A stretch of 63,828 nt of DNA, the filler included, from Octopus bimaculoides (taxonomy: Eukaryota), in assembly GCF_001194135.2 (NCBI RefSeq). It is 7 parts of 7 records of this genome, joined end to end, with 100 filler letters (N's around TTAATTAATTAA, not from the genome) between each part and the next. Parts side by side here need not be neighbours in the genome. Positions count along the whole stretch, not along the records: positions 17,359 to 42,146 come from NC_068995.1; positions 42,247 to 46,326 come from NC_069002.1; positions 46,427 to 57,083 come from NC_069003.1; 4 more parts are not named here. One strand, 5' to 3'. The notes under the pieces were generated by a model. The model was given only the letters and a program-made list of their open reading frames with translations. It did not search any database and was not told the DNA's origin. Positions 34,626 to 47,213 of this stretch are shown one piece after another (the first letter of the stretch is position 1; the number at the start of each line of letters is the position of its first letter). Position numbers and translations under genes: made by a program.

Positions 34626-36184
34626 TTCAGATAAGGGTAGTATTTACTTATTACTAAATGTACAGTTATATCTAAAAAAATTGACTATTTCTCTTTCCCA
34701 GCACCTCAACACTGTACATCAATTGATTCTTCATAAAATAAATAGCTCTTCATCCTAGTAAAGACTGAACTCTGCAAAATAGGATCTCTTCCAAATTAAG
34801 TCTGAAATATATAAATCTATTTGTTCACAACAAACTTCAATTATTGCAGTGTTCCAGGACTACATCAAACAAACCTGGTCACTACATTTAGCCCCTAACC
34901 ACCCCCTAAATTACCATAAAAATAGTAAAGACTTTACAGCTTGCATTATAATGGAGCCTGGTGTAGCCATCTGGTTTCACCAGTCTTCAGTCAAATCGTC
35001 CAACCCATGCTAGCATGGAAAGTGGACGTTAGATGACGATGATGATGATGATGATGAATATCAGAATGATGAATTGGAATAAAACCTCTACTGAATTATA
35101 AAGCTTTTTCAAGAAAGAATTTGATTATAGAGGAACAGAACTCTACTATGGCATACTGTAGACATTTACCAAAGTATCTGTTCTCTCTTTCACTGAACCA
35201 CTTAATGACAATTATTCTATAATGGCAGAGAAGTGAACTGTTTAATGTTAAAAATGATGGAATCTAAAATATCTTTAATTACACTGTCTATTTCACAGTT
35301 GGCTAGAATTATTAATCTGCATTTAATATTAGCAAGATAATTATCATTATAACCTTTAAATGTACTTTTATGGTTCAGGTAACACTAAAGATTCTACTCT
35401 ATCATTTACTTTTAGGTTGTTAGTTGATTGTTTTGCTTCTAAATTCATGTACTTTTTTTACATGTAATATTAAAAAAAGAATATATCGCTTGTTTCCACA
35501 TGTGAATAGAAGAAAATATCACAGGATTCTGTATTTGGTAATGAAAATTGAAAATGTGAAATTCCATTTTTTTTCAGTTTGGCAACAAATCAAATCTTGA
35601 TGTACTGTAAATCAATCATATTTTGATATGTTTGCAGACATTTTTGCATTTTCCTCACTTGTTTGAAGAATCAAAAGCATAAAGCCCAGATTTAAAATTC
35701 ATGCCACTTTAGCCTTTACTATAGCTTTAGGCCAATCAAAGCCTTGTGAGAGGAACGAAAACTGAAAGTAGCCTGGCATACATATATACATACATATAAT
35801 AAAACAGGCAAGTGGAAATCTTTTGGTATTATTTATTCTCCATTACATTTGCTATTAACAAATGAAACATGTAATGGAAAAAAATTTCCACTTACCTGTG
35901 TTTTTATACAATAATTCTGCAAATAATCACTTGTTAAGATTATCTCTACAGATTTCCAATAGAAATTATAGTCACCACCTATTTTGTTATGATATTTCAT
36001 ATCTGAGATGCCTAATGAAAACAACAAAGAAGAAAAAGAAGTAACAGGTGTATATGCCACATTTTAGGAGTATTTGCTCCTTCTTCAGCACCCATCCGAC
36101 CCATTAACCATCTACAAACTCATTGCTTAAATAGCCACTAAATATAGTGTTGTAACATTACTAGATATACAAATTTTACATATT

Positions 36185-36591
36185 AGGCGCAGGAGTGGCT
36201 GTGTGGTAAGTAGTTTGCTTACCAACCACATGGTTCCAGGTTCAGTCCCACTGCGTGGCACCTTGGGCAAGTGTCTTCTACTAGAGCCTCGGGCCGACCA
36301 AAGCCTTGTGACTGGATTTGGTAGACGGAAACTGAAAGAAGCCCGTCGTATATATGTATATGTATGTGTGTGTATATGTTTGTGTGTCTGTGTTTGTCCC
36401 CCCCAACATCGCTTGACAACCGATGCTGGTGTGTTTACATCCCCGTAACTTAGCGGTTCGGCAAAAGGAGACCGATAGAATAAGTACTAGGCTTACAAAG
36501 AATAAGTCCTGGGGTCGATTTGCTCGACTAAAGGCAGTGCTCCAGCATGGCTGCAGTCAAATGACTGAAACAGGTAAAAGAGTAAAAGAGT
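36185..36591 (+). mobile_element. tRNA-derived CORE-type SINE family B with internal (TA)/(TG) microsatellite, full length
   Basis: A box TGGCTGTGTGG, B box GGTTCAGTCCC, CORE-like GCACCTTGGGCAAGTGTCTT (cf. MIR core GTGACCTTGGGCAAGTCACTT), tail AAAAGAGT. An octopus CORE-SINE (OR2) is known; identity with it is not verified. Partial copies near 1150-1380, 5754-5910, 6050-6240, 6690-7085, 12760-13740, 14920-15065, 42665-43990, 49375-49670, 52030-52160 and 56870-57025. Confidence 0.85.
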
Positions 36592-37286
36592 ATTAAACAC
36601 ATTCCTGGAAGCTGGTACGTAAATACTAATGACCTATAGGGACACTGTATTTTGTTACGCAACCACAATATACTACAAAGTATATCAAACACTTTTCTAA
36701 ATTAATACTGTGTTCTCCTGTGTTAGCAGTGCTATTACATTATAACAAAATCAGTGCTGGCTATAATATCTATAGAAAATCTGAAGAGATAACCCTAACA
36801 AGTGATGTAATATCACTGCTAACACAGTAGAACACAGCATTTGATATACTTTATTGTATATCATGATTGCATAACAAAGTACAGGTCATTAATAGCTGCA
36901 AATGATATTTCCATAATTCTCAATTTTAATATGTATTTTGACTAACATACAACAGCAACTGTGGTCACATATTGATTGGAATAATGGAATAAGCATAAGA
37001 CGGTGAGCTGGCAGAAATGTTAGCATGCCGGGTGAAATGCTTAGCCGTATTTTGTCTGTCTTTATGCTCTGAGCTCAAATTCCGCCAAGGTTGACTTTGC
37101 CTTTCATCCTTTCAGGGTTGATAAATTAAGTATCAGAGGGGTCGATCTAATTAACAGGCCTCCACCCTAAAGATTTCGGGCCTTGTGCCTAGAGTAGAAA
37201 AGAATAATGGAATAAGCAGATGTGCTTCAAGAGGAAACAGCTGGGATTTACCCTAACTATGTATGTATGTATGTATGTATGTATGT

Positions 37287-37680
37287 CTCCTTCAGAAGAC
37301 TCCGGCAGAAACCAAGGCTGCGATTTAAGGACTGTGTCAAGTCCTCATTAAAGGCTTGTGATATGCAGGACACTGACTGGGAGAACAATGCTTGTCATCG
37401 CCACGGATGGAGGAAGCAGGTTAAGGAAGGGATCAACACTTTTGAGAGAGCACGTATCCAGCATGAAGAACTTAAGTGAGCTGCGCGAAAGCGCACGGCT
37501 CGTATAGTGAATGGGGAAAGCTTAATCTGCAATGTTTGCAGTTGTGCATGCTTGTCAAGAGCAGGGCTCAGTAGCCACCAGCGGAGCCGCAAATGCAAAA
37601 TATAAGTTAGTCCTAGAGCGCACAATGTTCCTGAAGGTCGGCAATGGTCTTCCTCGGTCATGAGTGGACAGCCATCATCA
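37287..37680 (+). mobile_element. RTE-clade LINE 3' end (ORF2 C-terminus and short 3'UTR)
   Basis: KPRLRFKDCVKSSLKAC..WENNACHRHGWRKQVKEGINTFE, then CNVCSCACLSRAGLSSHQRSRKC; flanked by (TATG)n on both sides. Confidence 0.85.
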
Positions 37681-37804
37681 TGTATGTATGTATGTATAGT
37701 GAGAGAGAGAGAGAGATATATATAAATATAAAGTATGTGTGTGTGCTCTTGTCTTGATATCACATGATGCTTGCAAACATGCATTATTCTTATGCTAGCA
37801 ATGT

Positions 37805-37967
37805 TGATCATTTCTAGTCTTCCAAGAAAAACAAGTCTGGCCAGGATTGGAAACAGGAAAGGCATCCTGCTGTAGAAAATCTGCCTCAACCAAATCCCGT
37901 TTAACCCATGCAAGCATGGTAAAGTAGACATTAAATGATGATGATGTACATGATGATGATGATGATG
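37805..37967 (+). mobile_element. Family E retroposon 3' end with (GAT)n tail
   Basis: GGAAAGGCATCCTGCTGTAGAAA..CCCATGCAAGCATGG..GACATTAAATGATGAT. Similar ends at 1596-1716, 5926-6032, 14635-14790, 31232-31400 (-) and 34964-35056, 39700-39905 (+). Confidence 0.7.
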
Positions 37968-38159
37968 GTATATTTCAACTGAGTGACGAAACAGAGATAA
38001 CAAGTTTGTTGTGAACTAGCAAAATTGGATTATTGAGTAGATTGAAATTTCTGAAGTTTGTGGGGTCCGTGGGGGGAAATCCATTTCAATAAAAAGGGGT
38101 CCTTGGTGATGAAAATGTTGGGAACAACTGCATTAATATATGCAAGTATGGAAATTTGA

Positions 38160-38790
38160 ATGATCAATGTGTTGCTGCTGCTTTTGCTGCTACTATCAAT
38201 AGCACTAATGATGATGTTGGAGATAATGATGATGATGGTGGTGGCGATGATGGTAGAGGTGATGATGATGGTGGGGGTGGGGGTGGTCATTGTTGACATT
38301 GTCACTGTGGAGATTGGAGTATTGGTAATGGTGATGACATGAAAGATGGTGATGACAAAGGTAGTAATGCCAATGATAATGATGACAATTACGATAATGG
38401 TGATTAGGAGGGTTGCAGGGATGGTTAAGATGGGAATGAATGTGATAGTGAAGATGATGTTTAAGAGGAGGAGGAAGAGGGAGAAAAGATGATGATGATG
38501 AGGATGGTTATAAGGGAATGCTGGAGCTCATGATGATAATGAAGATGACTGTGATGGTGATGGTGCAAAAGAAAGTGGTGGTGGTGGTGATAACAGTTAT
38601 GATAGAGATGACACTCTTGATAATGATGATGTTCTTGATGATGATGATAATGATGATGATGACAGAGATGCGGCTGAAAATGGTGATGATTATCATTATG
38701 ATGGAAATAGGAATAATGATGATTATGATGATGATGATGATGGAGATAGGGGTAATAGTAATTATGTTCATGGTGGTGGTGATGTTTCCA
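38160..38790. repeat. Degenerate (GAT/GGT)n low-complexity region
   Basis: Direct reading of the sequence; it yields spurious M/I-rich ORFs. Confidence 0.9.
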
Positions 38791-40370
38791 AACGAAGATA
38801 ATTTTGAATGTTCTACAATTTGGTTTTCATTAACCAAAAAAGAAAAAAAAAGAAAAAAATAGAAAAATTAATTTTTTTCCTTTTAATCACATTTTGCTTG
38901 TGTTTTTGTTTTAAGATTCACATAAATCAATATTTTTTATTACATTTTTCTATAATGTAATAAAAAAAAAAATCGATATTTCACGAACGGGAGACAACTC
39001 CTCATGACATTTGCTAATTTATTTGTTTCGTTAGTATTTCCTTAGATTGGTTTTAATTATGCTCAGTGTTCAACTTGCAATACTGTTTGATGTCACTACC
39101 CTACACATCCAATTATTATCTTGTAATTAGATCTTGTTACTGTAAATCACCCCCTTTTCATAGCCAAAACAATTTTGGCTACTTTTTTCCCCTTTAGTAA
39201 TGGAGTTTATTTTTAGCTGTTGTTGTTGCTGTTGTTTTACATTTATTTTATTTTGCTTTAATATAATTTACTCTTTTCATTCGTTGAATGGTTTCAGTCA
39301 CTGGAATCCAGTCGGTTATTTCAACCTTGGAACTTGTTTTCAAGTCCAGTATTTATTTTATCAATCTCTATTTGTTGAGCCATTAAGTTACATGCCACAT
39401 GTGTAAACACACACAAAAAACACACACATTTCATTTAAAACACGATGATGTTCAAATTTTATCTTTTGGATTTTTTCATAACCTTTGGCACCTTGTCACC
39501 ATGTTCCATATCTTGCAGCTCCTACTGATAATTTTTTTTTTCTTTCTCTCTCCACATTTTCCCTACTATGTGTGAGTAGACACACAGACCCTTCTCCCCT
39601 CTTCTCTGTACAGAAACTGGCTCTGCCATCCCCCAGTAATTCCCTTGTTCCGTAACATGAAGCTGAACCCTACCCCCACCCCCCATGGTTTGTAGTCTTG
39701 CAAACTGCATGTTGACTTCAATAGTGCCAGTAGCATGAGGAAAGTACCAAGTCCACACTGTAAAATGGTTTGCATTAGGAAGGGCATCCAGCTACAGAAA
39801 TCATACCAAAACAGACATTGGAGCTTGATGCGGTTCTTGGACACATCGGATCTGGTCAAACCATCCAACCCATGCAAGCATAGAACGTAGACATTAAATG
39901 ATAATGAACTGAAAACATTTGATATTTTTATTGATTATATACTGATTGAATTTGTGTAGATTTTCATGCTCAAAATTTTTGACTGTTAGCATTATGCACC
40001 AGCAGTTGTGCTGGTTTATTTGCTGTGGTCAAATTTTGACCATTTAATGGTCAAATACATTTGACAAGAAAGTCTACACAAACAACCCAAATACCGAATA
40101 TATTCAATTCTTGAAGATGAAACTAACGATCTAGAAATATCAGATATGGATTTAGGGACTCTACTGTTTCAAATCAAATGCAAAAAACTAATAAGAAAAA
40201 AGGAAAAAAAAAACAAAAAAAAAAAACACTTGAACATAGTTGTGTATTTAACAAAACACAAATAAAAAAATAAAGGCTATTCCCTATATTTATATATTTT
40301 TGGTGACCTCACTGGTGTTAGTGCCGCATAAAAAACACCCACTATACTTTTAAATGGTTTGCATTAGAAA

Positions 40371-41893
40371 GCCGTCTGCATTTTATTACCAAATTGGTAA
40401 TATGCACCTGGAAAGATGCATCATTGCTCATATCAATGCCCAGGTCATGCACTGATTTTGATTGAGGGATTTCAGTTCCTCCTGGGCCAGTGTAACCTGT
40501 CTGCATGTCGTTTAGCTTTGTGTGCTAGTAGTGTAGGGCCTGGAATTTTCCTGCATTAAACTGCATGTTGTTGTCCTCAGCCCACCTGTATATTGCGTCC
40601 AACTCCCGTTGAAGATGAGCAATATTTCCAGGATTTTGTATTGTCTGAGAGACTTTTGTGTCATCTGCATAGCTAGCAAGGGTAGCTATCTGAGCAGCCG
40701 AGGGCATGTCTGAGAGGGCCACTATGAACAGCAATGGGCCCCAAGACAGTGCCCTATGGAACACTACTTGCTATCTGCGTTTCCTTGGAGGTGGCTCCAT
40801 TGGCCACTACTACCTGATGTCTATCATTTAGAAAGTTGTGCAGCCATTCTCCAATTTTTCTGCATATGCCAAGATCACGCAGTTTGTGACATATCATACC
40901 ATGGTCAACTTTGTCAAAGGCTTTTGCAAAGTCAAGATATATCACAACTACGCTTGAGTCATTCAGCAGCTGTTTTAATACCCAGTCATAGTGTTGCAGG
41001 AACTGTGTCAGACAGCTTCTACCTGGACGAAATCCATGCTGGGTGTCAGTCAGCAAGTCATTTTCTTCTAGGAACATGATTAGTTTCTTGCGGACTATTC
41101 GTTCCATGACTTTACTGACATGTGAGGTCAGAGAGATAGGCTCTGCTTCCTCCCTTATGGATAGGGCATATTATCCTTTCCTTCAGTTTGTCTGGGAGCT
41201 TACCATTTGCAAAGAAGCTCTGGAAGAGAAGCTGCAGTGGTTTTGTAAGAGCTCGCTTGCATGATTTGAGTAGGACCACTGGGAACCCATCCGAGCCAGC
41301 AGCTGAGTTTGTGTCAACCTCATCTATGGCCAGCATTACATCTTCTTCAATGTTTATGTATTCAATTTTTTTAACCTCTTTGGTTTTGGGTAATGTGGCA
41401 AAGAAATCCTCTGGTTTATTCACTTGCTTGTGTTCCAGCGGTGTAGTGAACACACTTTGGAACTGTTTGTTCAGTGTTTCACTTATCCGCATGAGGTTTC
41501 CTGCGAGGGAGCCATCTTTTTGGAAGAGGGGTCCTATCTTGTGGAGTATTGAGGCTGTTTCTTTGGCAAACTTAAAGAAAACTTTAGGGTTTGACTTGAT
41601 ATTTTCTATAACACAAGCTTCTTTATTCGGTCTCTCCTTTTCATAAGACTGATGCACATGTTTCTCAATTTCCAATAGCACTCTCTCCATCGAGACTTCT
41701 TTATCCTTTGTCTCATAAGAATCTTCCATTCTCTGGGGATCCTGTTTTTGTGTATGTTGGCCTTGCACAATGGGACAGATTTGTCACATATGGCTTGTAT
41801 TATGGACATGAAATGTTTGTGTTTGATGTCAATGTCTGGTGTGGAAAGATATTTAGGCCAATCCTGTTTGAGGATCTCTTTCTCAATCAGTTT
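40371..41893 (-). pseudogene. CR1/L2-group LINE ORF2 fragment (reverse transcriptase), frameshifted
   Basis: Motifs across three frames: SAAGSDG, QHGFRPGRSCLTQ, YLDFAKAFDKVDH, GPLLF, YADDTK, LQRELDAIYRWAEDNNMQFN. Confidence 0.92.
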
Positions 41894-42030
41894 CACAATA
41901 AGAGTAAAACACGTCTATATATGTACACAACACACAAAAACCACACGCTTACTCTCTCCCCTTACTTAGCTCTTTTGTCAAGCACACAGTAATTTCCCCT
42001 TGTTTTAACGGTCATTTTCGTAGCACTTTT

Positions 42031-42114
42031 TTCGATGGCTCAATAACTGAAGAGATGCCGGTGTGGGTTTCCGCCCCGACATCCAAAACTCGGAGTCTTA
42101 TCAAGGCTACCGAA
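42031..42114 (+). ncRNA. Degenerate type I hammerhead ribozyme fold (Penelope-like-element style), probably inactive
   Basis: Stem I 42031-42046/42098-42114; CTGAAGA 42047-42053; 13-position stem II 42054-42083 (2 mismatches, GTTT loop); CAAAA where GAAA is expected (42084-42088); short near-palindromic stem III ACTCGGAGT; GTC cleavage triplet 42095-42097. Confidence 0.6.
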
Positions 42115-42146
42115 TAATTGTCACATATTATATTTACAGATATGTA

Positions 42147-42246
42147 NNNNNNNNNNNNNNNNNNNNNNNNNNNNNNNNNNNNNNNNNNNNTTAATTAATT
42201 AANNNNNNNNNNNNNNNNNNNNNNNNNNNNNNNNNNNNNNNNNNNN
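42147..42246. other. Artificial assembly join (44 N + TTAATTAATTAA + 44 N); identical joins at 5654-5753, 17259-17358, 46327-46426, 57084-57183 and 59976-60075
   Basis: Six identical 100-nt constructs; the 12-mer places stop codons in all six frames. Confidence 0.95.
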
Positions 42247-42265
42247 TTATTATTACTATTATTAC

Positions 42266-42301
<36 letters not shown>

Positions 42302-42336
42302 TATTATTATGGTTATTAACGTTGTTATTGTTGTTG

Positions 42337-42368
<32 letters not shown>

Positions 42369-42372
42369 GTTA

Positions 42373-42436
<64 letters not shown>

Positions 42437-43502
42437 ACTAGCTTCTGGTATAGTGATTAGTCTACCGCAGTGCTCAATAGCGTTACTAGTCATGGTATAC
42501 AAAGTATTGGAAGTAGAAATTAACATGAGTTCAAGTAAAGTTATTTAATTCCCACGTAAGAAATAAATATTGACGCTGCTATTTAGCTTAATTTCCACTA
42601 TATCACATATATGTATGTATGTATATATCTATATATGTATGTATATATGTATGTATCTTTTATCTATTATCTTTTATTTGCTTTAGTCATTTGGTAGCGG
42701 CCATGCTGGGGCACCAATTTGAAGGGTTTTAGTCGAACAAATCGACTCTCGGCCCTAGGACTTAATTTCTAAAGCCTAGTACTCATTATAGCTGTTCTTT
42801 GCCGAACCGCTAAGTTCGGTTGTTAAGCAGTAGCAGAGACAAACAGAGACACAGATAGTCACACACACACACAAAAACACAGACACACACACATATATAT
42901 ATATATATATNNNNNNNNNNNNNNNNNNNNNNNNNNNNNNNNNNNNNNNNNNNNNNNNNNNNNNNNNNNNNNNNNNNNNNNNNNNNNNNNNNNNNNNNNN
43001 NNNNNNNNNNNNNNNNNNNNNNNNNNNNNNNNNNNNNNNNNNNNNNNNNNNNNNNNNNNNNNNNNNNNNNNNNNNNNNNNNNNNNNNNNNNNNNNNNNNN
43101 NNNNNNNNNNNNNNNNNNNNNNNNNNNNNNNNNNNNNNNNNNNNNNNNNNNNNNNNNNNNNNNNNNNNNNNNNNNNNNNNNNNNNNNNNNNNNNNNNNNN
43201 NNNNNNNNNNNNNNNNNNNNNNNNNNNNNNNNNNNNNNNNNNNNNNNNNNNNNNNNNNNNNNNNNNNNNNNNNNNNNNNNNNNNNNNNNNNNNNNNNNNN
43301 NNNNNNNNNNNNNNNNNNNNNNNNNNNNNNNNNNNNNNNNNNNNNNNNNNNNNNNNNNNNNNNNNNNNNNNNNNNNNNNNNNNNNNNNNNNNNNNNNNNN
43401 NNNNNNNNNNNNNNNNNNNNNNNNNNNNNNNNNNNNNNNNNNNNNNNNNNNNNNNNNNNNNNNNNNNNNNNNNNNNNNNNNNNNNNNNNNNNNNNNNNNN
43501 NN

Positions 43503-43557
<55 letters not shown>

Positions 43558-43608
43558 ATGTATGTATTTATGTATGTATGTATGTATGTATGTATGTATG
43601 TATATATA

Positions 43609-43830
43609 TTGTTGTGTCTGGGGAGAGCCATTCTCTTTTAGTACCTTATCAATTAACACATTCACCGGTAAAGTTTCCGCTCATTTACTTATTTATTTTT
43701 CCTAAATAAATGAATGGAAACTTTACCAATGAATGTGCTAAATAATAAGGCACTAAAATAGAATAACTCTCCTTAGACACAACCAAATATGCTTCAACGA
43801 ATTCACATAAAGAATAATATTGCAAGAATA
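43609..43830 (+). mobile_element. Foldback element, longer copy
   Basis: ~68-bp imperfect arms (43611-43678 / 43716-43783), same start GTTGTGTCTGGGGAGAG and same tail AATATGCTTCAAC..TCACATAAA..TTGCAA. It sits in the (TA)n tract of a minus-strand SINE. Confidence 0.7.
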
Positions 43831-45308
43831 ATATATATATATACATATATACGACGGGTTTCTTTCTAAGAAATCCACTCGCAACTATTTCGTTGACCCG
43901 AGGCTACAGTAGAAATCACCTACTTAAGATGCCATGCAATGATACTGAATATGGAACCAAGTGATTAAAAAACAACCTTCTTACCACACGTTTACGCTTG
44001 TCTCGCTGTCTTGCTGGCTGGCTGTATATGACAGGCGTCCACACACAGTTTCCATATACTAAACTCGCAAGGCGTTGCTTGGTTGTGGGTCCCATTAGTA
44101 GATACTTTCACAACGTGCCTTACAGTGGACTGAACCCAAATCCACGCGATTGCGCAGCTAGCCACAGACACACATACTCTCACATATCAACAACTATACA
44201 TTCATATGTACATATATACGTGCATACGCGTGGATGTATTTAGGTGCCAAACGGAATTACACACTGTTTCTATGACTGAAATTTAACTTAGAAGATATCG
44301 CATAAATTGTTGCTACGGTAAAAGAAGCTGATTCAATCTGCAACGTCACGAGATCGATCTAGAAAACCTCCGCTGCACAGCTCAGCCTGTATATAAATTC
44401 ATGATACATCACAATCAATGAATTGCCCCTAATTCTTCAACAGCGGAGCAGTGTTTTGCCTATCGCATGTTAATCGATATATACTGTCTAAACTTTCAGA
44501 CCTGTCTTTTTTTTTGTGTGTTATACATACATACATGCATATATATATATATATGTATATATNNNNNNNNNNNNNNNNNNNNNNNNNNNNNNNNNNNNNN
44601 NNNNNNNNNNNNNNNNNNNNNNNNNNNNNNNNNNNNNNNNNNNNNNNNNNNNNNNNNNNNNNNNNNNNNNNNNNNNNNNNNNNNNNNNNNNNNNNNNNNN
44701 NNNNNNNNNNNNNNNNNNNNNNNNNNNNNNNNNNNNNNNNNNNNNNNNNNNNNNNNNNNNNNNNNNNNNNNNNNNNNNNNNNNNNNNNNNNNNNNNNNNN
44801 NNNNNNNNNNNNNNNNNNNNNNNNNNNNNNNNNNNNNNNNNNNNNNNNNNNNNNNNNNNNNNNNNNNNNNNNNNNNNNNNNNNNNNNNNNNNNNNNNNNN
44901 NNNNNNNNNNNNNNNNNNNNNNNNNNNNNNNNNNNNNNNNNNNNNNNNNNNNNNNNNNNNNNNNNNNNNNNNNNNNNNNNNNNNNNNNNNNNNNNNNNNN
45001 NNNNNNNNNNNNNNNNNNNNNNNNNNNNNNNNNNNNNNNNNNNNNNNNNNNNNNNNNNNNNNNNNNNNNNNNNNNNNNNNNNNNNNNNNNNNNNNNNNNN
45101 NNNNNNNNNNNNNNNNNNNNNNNNNNNNNNNNNNNNNNNNNNNNNNNNNNNNNNNNNNNNNNNNNNNNNNNNNNNNNNNNNNNNNNNCAGCAGGAGGAGC
45201 AGCAGGAGGAGGAGGTGGAGGAGGTGGAGAAGAAGAAGGGAAAGAAGAAGAAGAAGAAGAAGAAGAAGAAGAAGAAGAAGAAGAAGAAGAAGAAGAAGAA
45301 GAAGAAGA

Positions 45309-45970
45309 AATGCCCTGTTGTAGTACCAGGCAGTGTTTCTCATATCTTCTGACCTTAACTAATTGGAAGCGTTATCATGTACATTATTTTGTCATGAAAT
45401 AAGAGATGAGCTACAGCAAATATTCTGCTCAATTATACCCTGAAGCAGTACCATACAGTGGTTCTTATGGCTTCTGATATAACGTACAGTGTTTTTCCTT
45501 GGTATAAAAGGTGGGACTACAGCAAATATTCTGCTCAATACCACAGATTTGCTTGTCGGTTGTTTGACTTTAACCAGTTGAGTATGTCCCTTGGTGGCTG
45601 ACAATATGGGCATCCCTACTCATGAGCAGCAGTAGTGGGAGAGTATCATAGCCATGTGTTGAAAGGAAATCTTTGGGGTTTGGATAATTCACTTCTGGAA
45701 ACATGGGTCTTTCGTTCAATATCCTTAAACAACCCTTATTCAGGAACCTTTTGGGCGAGATGGGCTATTCAGTCTGAAGGAAATTCTAACTGGGCCCCAC
45801 CTGCGAGGTAATGCGCTGTTTATCTTGATATGAGATCACCTTGTCACACATATATGATTATGACGCATGTGTCTGGTGTACCCTTATCTGACAGGTAGTC
45901 ATGATGGGTATATTGGGCTTCATATATTTTATCCCAGTGTCACTTTGATGGCATGCACTGCTCTCTCACT
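45309..45970 (+). mobile_element. ~0.6 kb non-coding retroposon ('family D') with (TAA)n tail; 5' module duplicated
   Basis: Shares sequence with 17007-17258, 57232-57494 and 58381-58869. Constant 3' end GCACTGCTCTCTCACT then TAA repeats. The first ~125 nt occur twice in tandem. Confidence 0.8.
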
Positions 45971-45989
45971 AACTAATAATAATAATAAT

Positions 45990-46326
45990 AAGCTCCAAAC
46001 AAAAGAGGGACTTGTGAAAACGAAAGCCATCCCCATTAGAAGAGGAATATTCCAGGGAGACACGCTCTCTCCACTCCTGTTCTGCTTGGCACTCACACCT
46101 TTAACTGGATTGCTAAATAGAACTGGTTGCGGTTACAAATGCTACGGAAAAACAGTCAGCCACCTTTTATATATGGATGACATAAAAATTATATGCTAAA
46201 AATGACAAAGAGCTAGAAACACTACTACAGACAGTACACGGCTTTACCAAGGAAATAGATATGAAATTCGGATTAGAAAAATATGCCAAAGCAACCCTGA
46301 AAAGAGGAAAATTAGTTAAAAGTAGC
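45990..46326 (+). mobile_element. R4/Dong-type non-LTR retrotransposon, RT core fragment, 5'-truncated at a (TAA)n tract
   Basis: RRGIFQGDTLSPLLFCLAL..SHLLYMDD..MKFGLEKYA. It starts directly after (TAA)n 45974-45990 and is cut by the join at 46327. Confidence 0.85.
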
Positions 46327-46426
46327 NNNNNNNNNNNNNNNNNNNNNNNNNNNNNNNNNNNNNNNNNNNNTTAATTAATTAANNNNNNNNNNNNNNNNNN
46401 NNNNNNNNNNNNNNNNNNNNNNNNNN

Positions 46427-46463
<37 letters not shown>

Positions 46464-46896
46464 GTAAGTATATGTGGGTGCATATATATATATATGTGTG
46501 TGTGTATGTATATGTATATACATGTGTATAAGCAACTAAGGGATATCTCTTAGTTGCTTAAAAACTTCTAGCCTATCACTTGAATGTTTAAACAATCCTA
46601 ACTTATACATGTGTATATACATGTGTATATATACATGTGTGTATATGTATATGTATATATACATGTACATATATATATATACAATATATGTGCGCGTGGG
46701 TGAGTATGTATGTATACATATGTGTCTATCTCTCTCTCTATATATATATATGTATATGTACGTATATGTATATGTATATGCACGTTATATATAAGTATAC
46801 ATACACACGCACACACCTAAACATATGTACATAAGTAGATATGTGTGTGTGTGTGCATATGCGTGTATGAATATATCTATGTGTGCGTGTGTATGC

Positions 46897-47096
46897 TCCT
46901 GGCTTTAAGGGTATCGCGAAAGGCCTGGCTGGAGGCCTAGTTTTCCAATTTCTTTTTACAGGGCTTAGAAAAATTGAAGGACTGCAGCAATAAGTGTGTG
47001 AAACTGAGAGGGGAATATGCTGAATAAAATCAAATTAACTGATCCTCCTCTATTTTCTTTTACCCAAAGCCAGGAACGTATCAGTACCCACTCGTA
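46897..47096 (+). mobile_element. Mariner-derived MITE
   Basis: TCCTGGCTTT (46897-46906) inverts to AAAGCCAGGA in the 3' TIR (47066-47096, ends in TA). The interior retains a transposase C-terminus-like GLEKLKDCSNKCVKLRG. Confidence 0.65.
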
Positions 47097-47213
47097 TGAG
47101 TATAATTATATACATATATATATATATATATAGTTCAAAACTTACTGTGTAAAGATAACGCGTGCGTTCGATCGTGTGATACAAGCAATATAAGAGTATA
47201 TGCATATATATGT

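Noticed and set aside
38040-38135. hAT-like terminus GTTGGGAACAACTG (and similar at 62910-62930)
   Set aside because: Only one end is visible and no TSD can be shown.
38160-38862. Met/Ile-rich ORFs
   Set aside because: Products of degenerate (GAT)n repeats.
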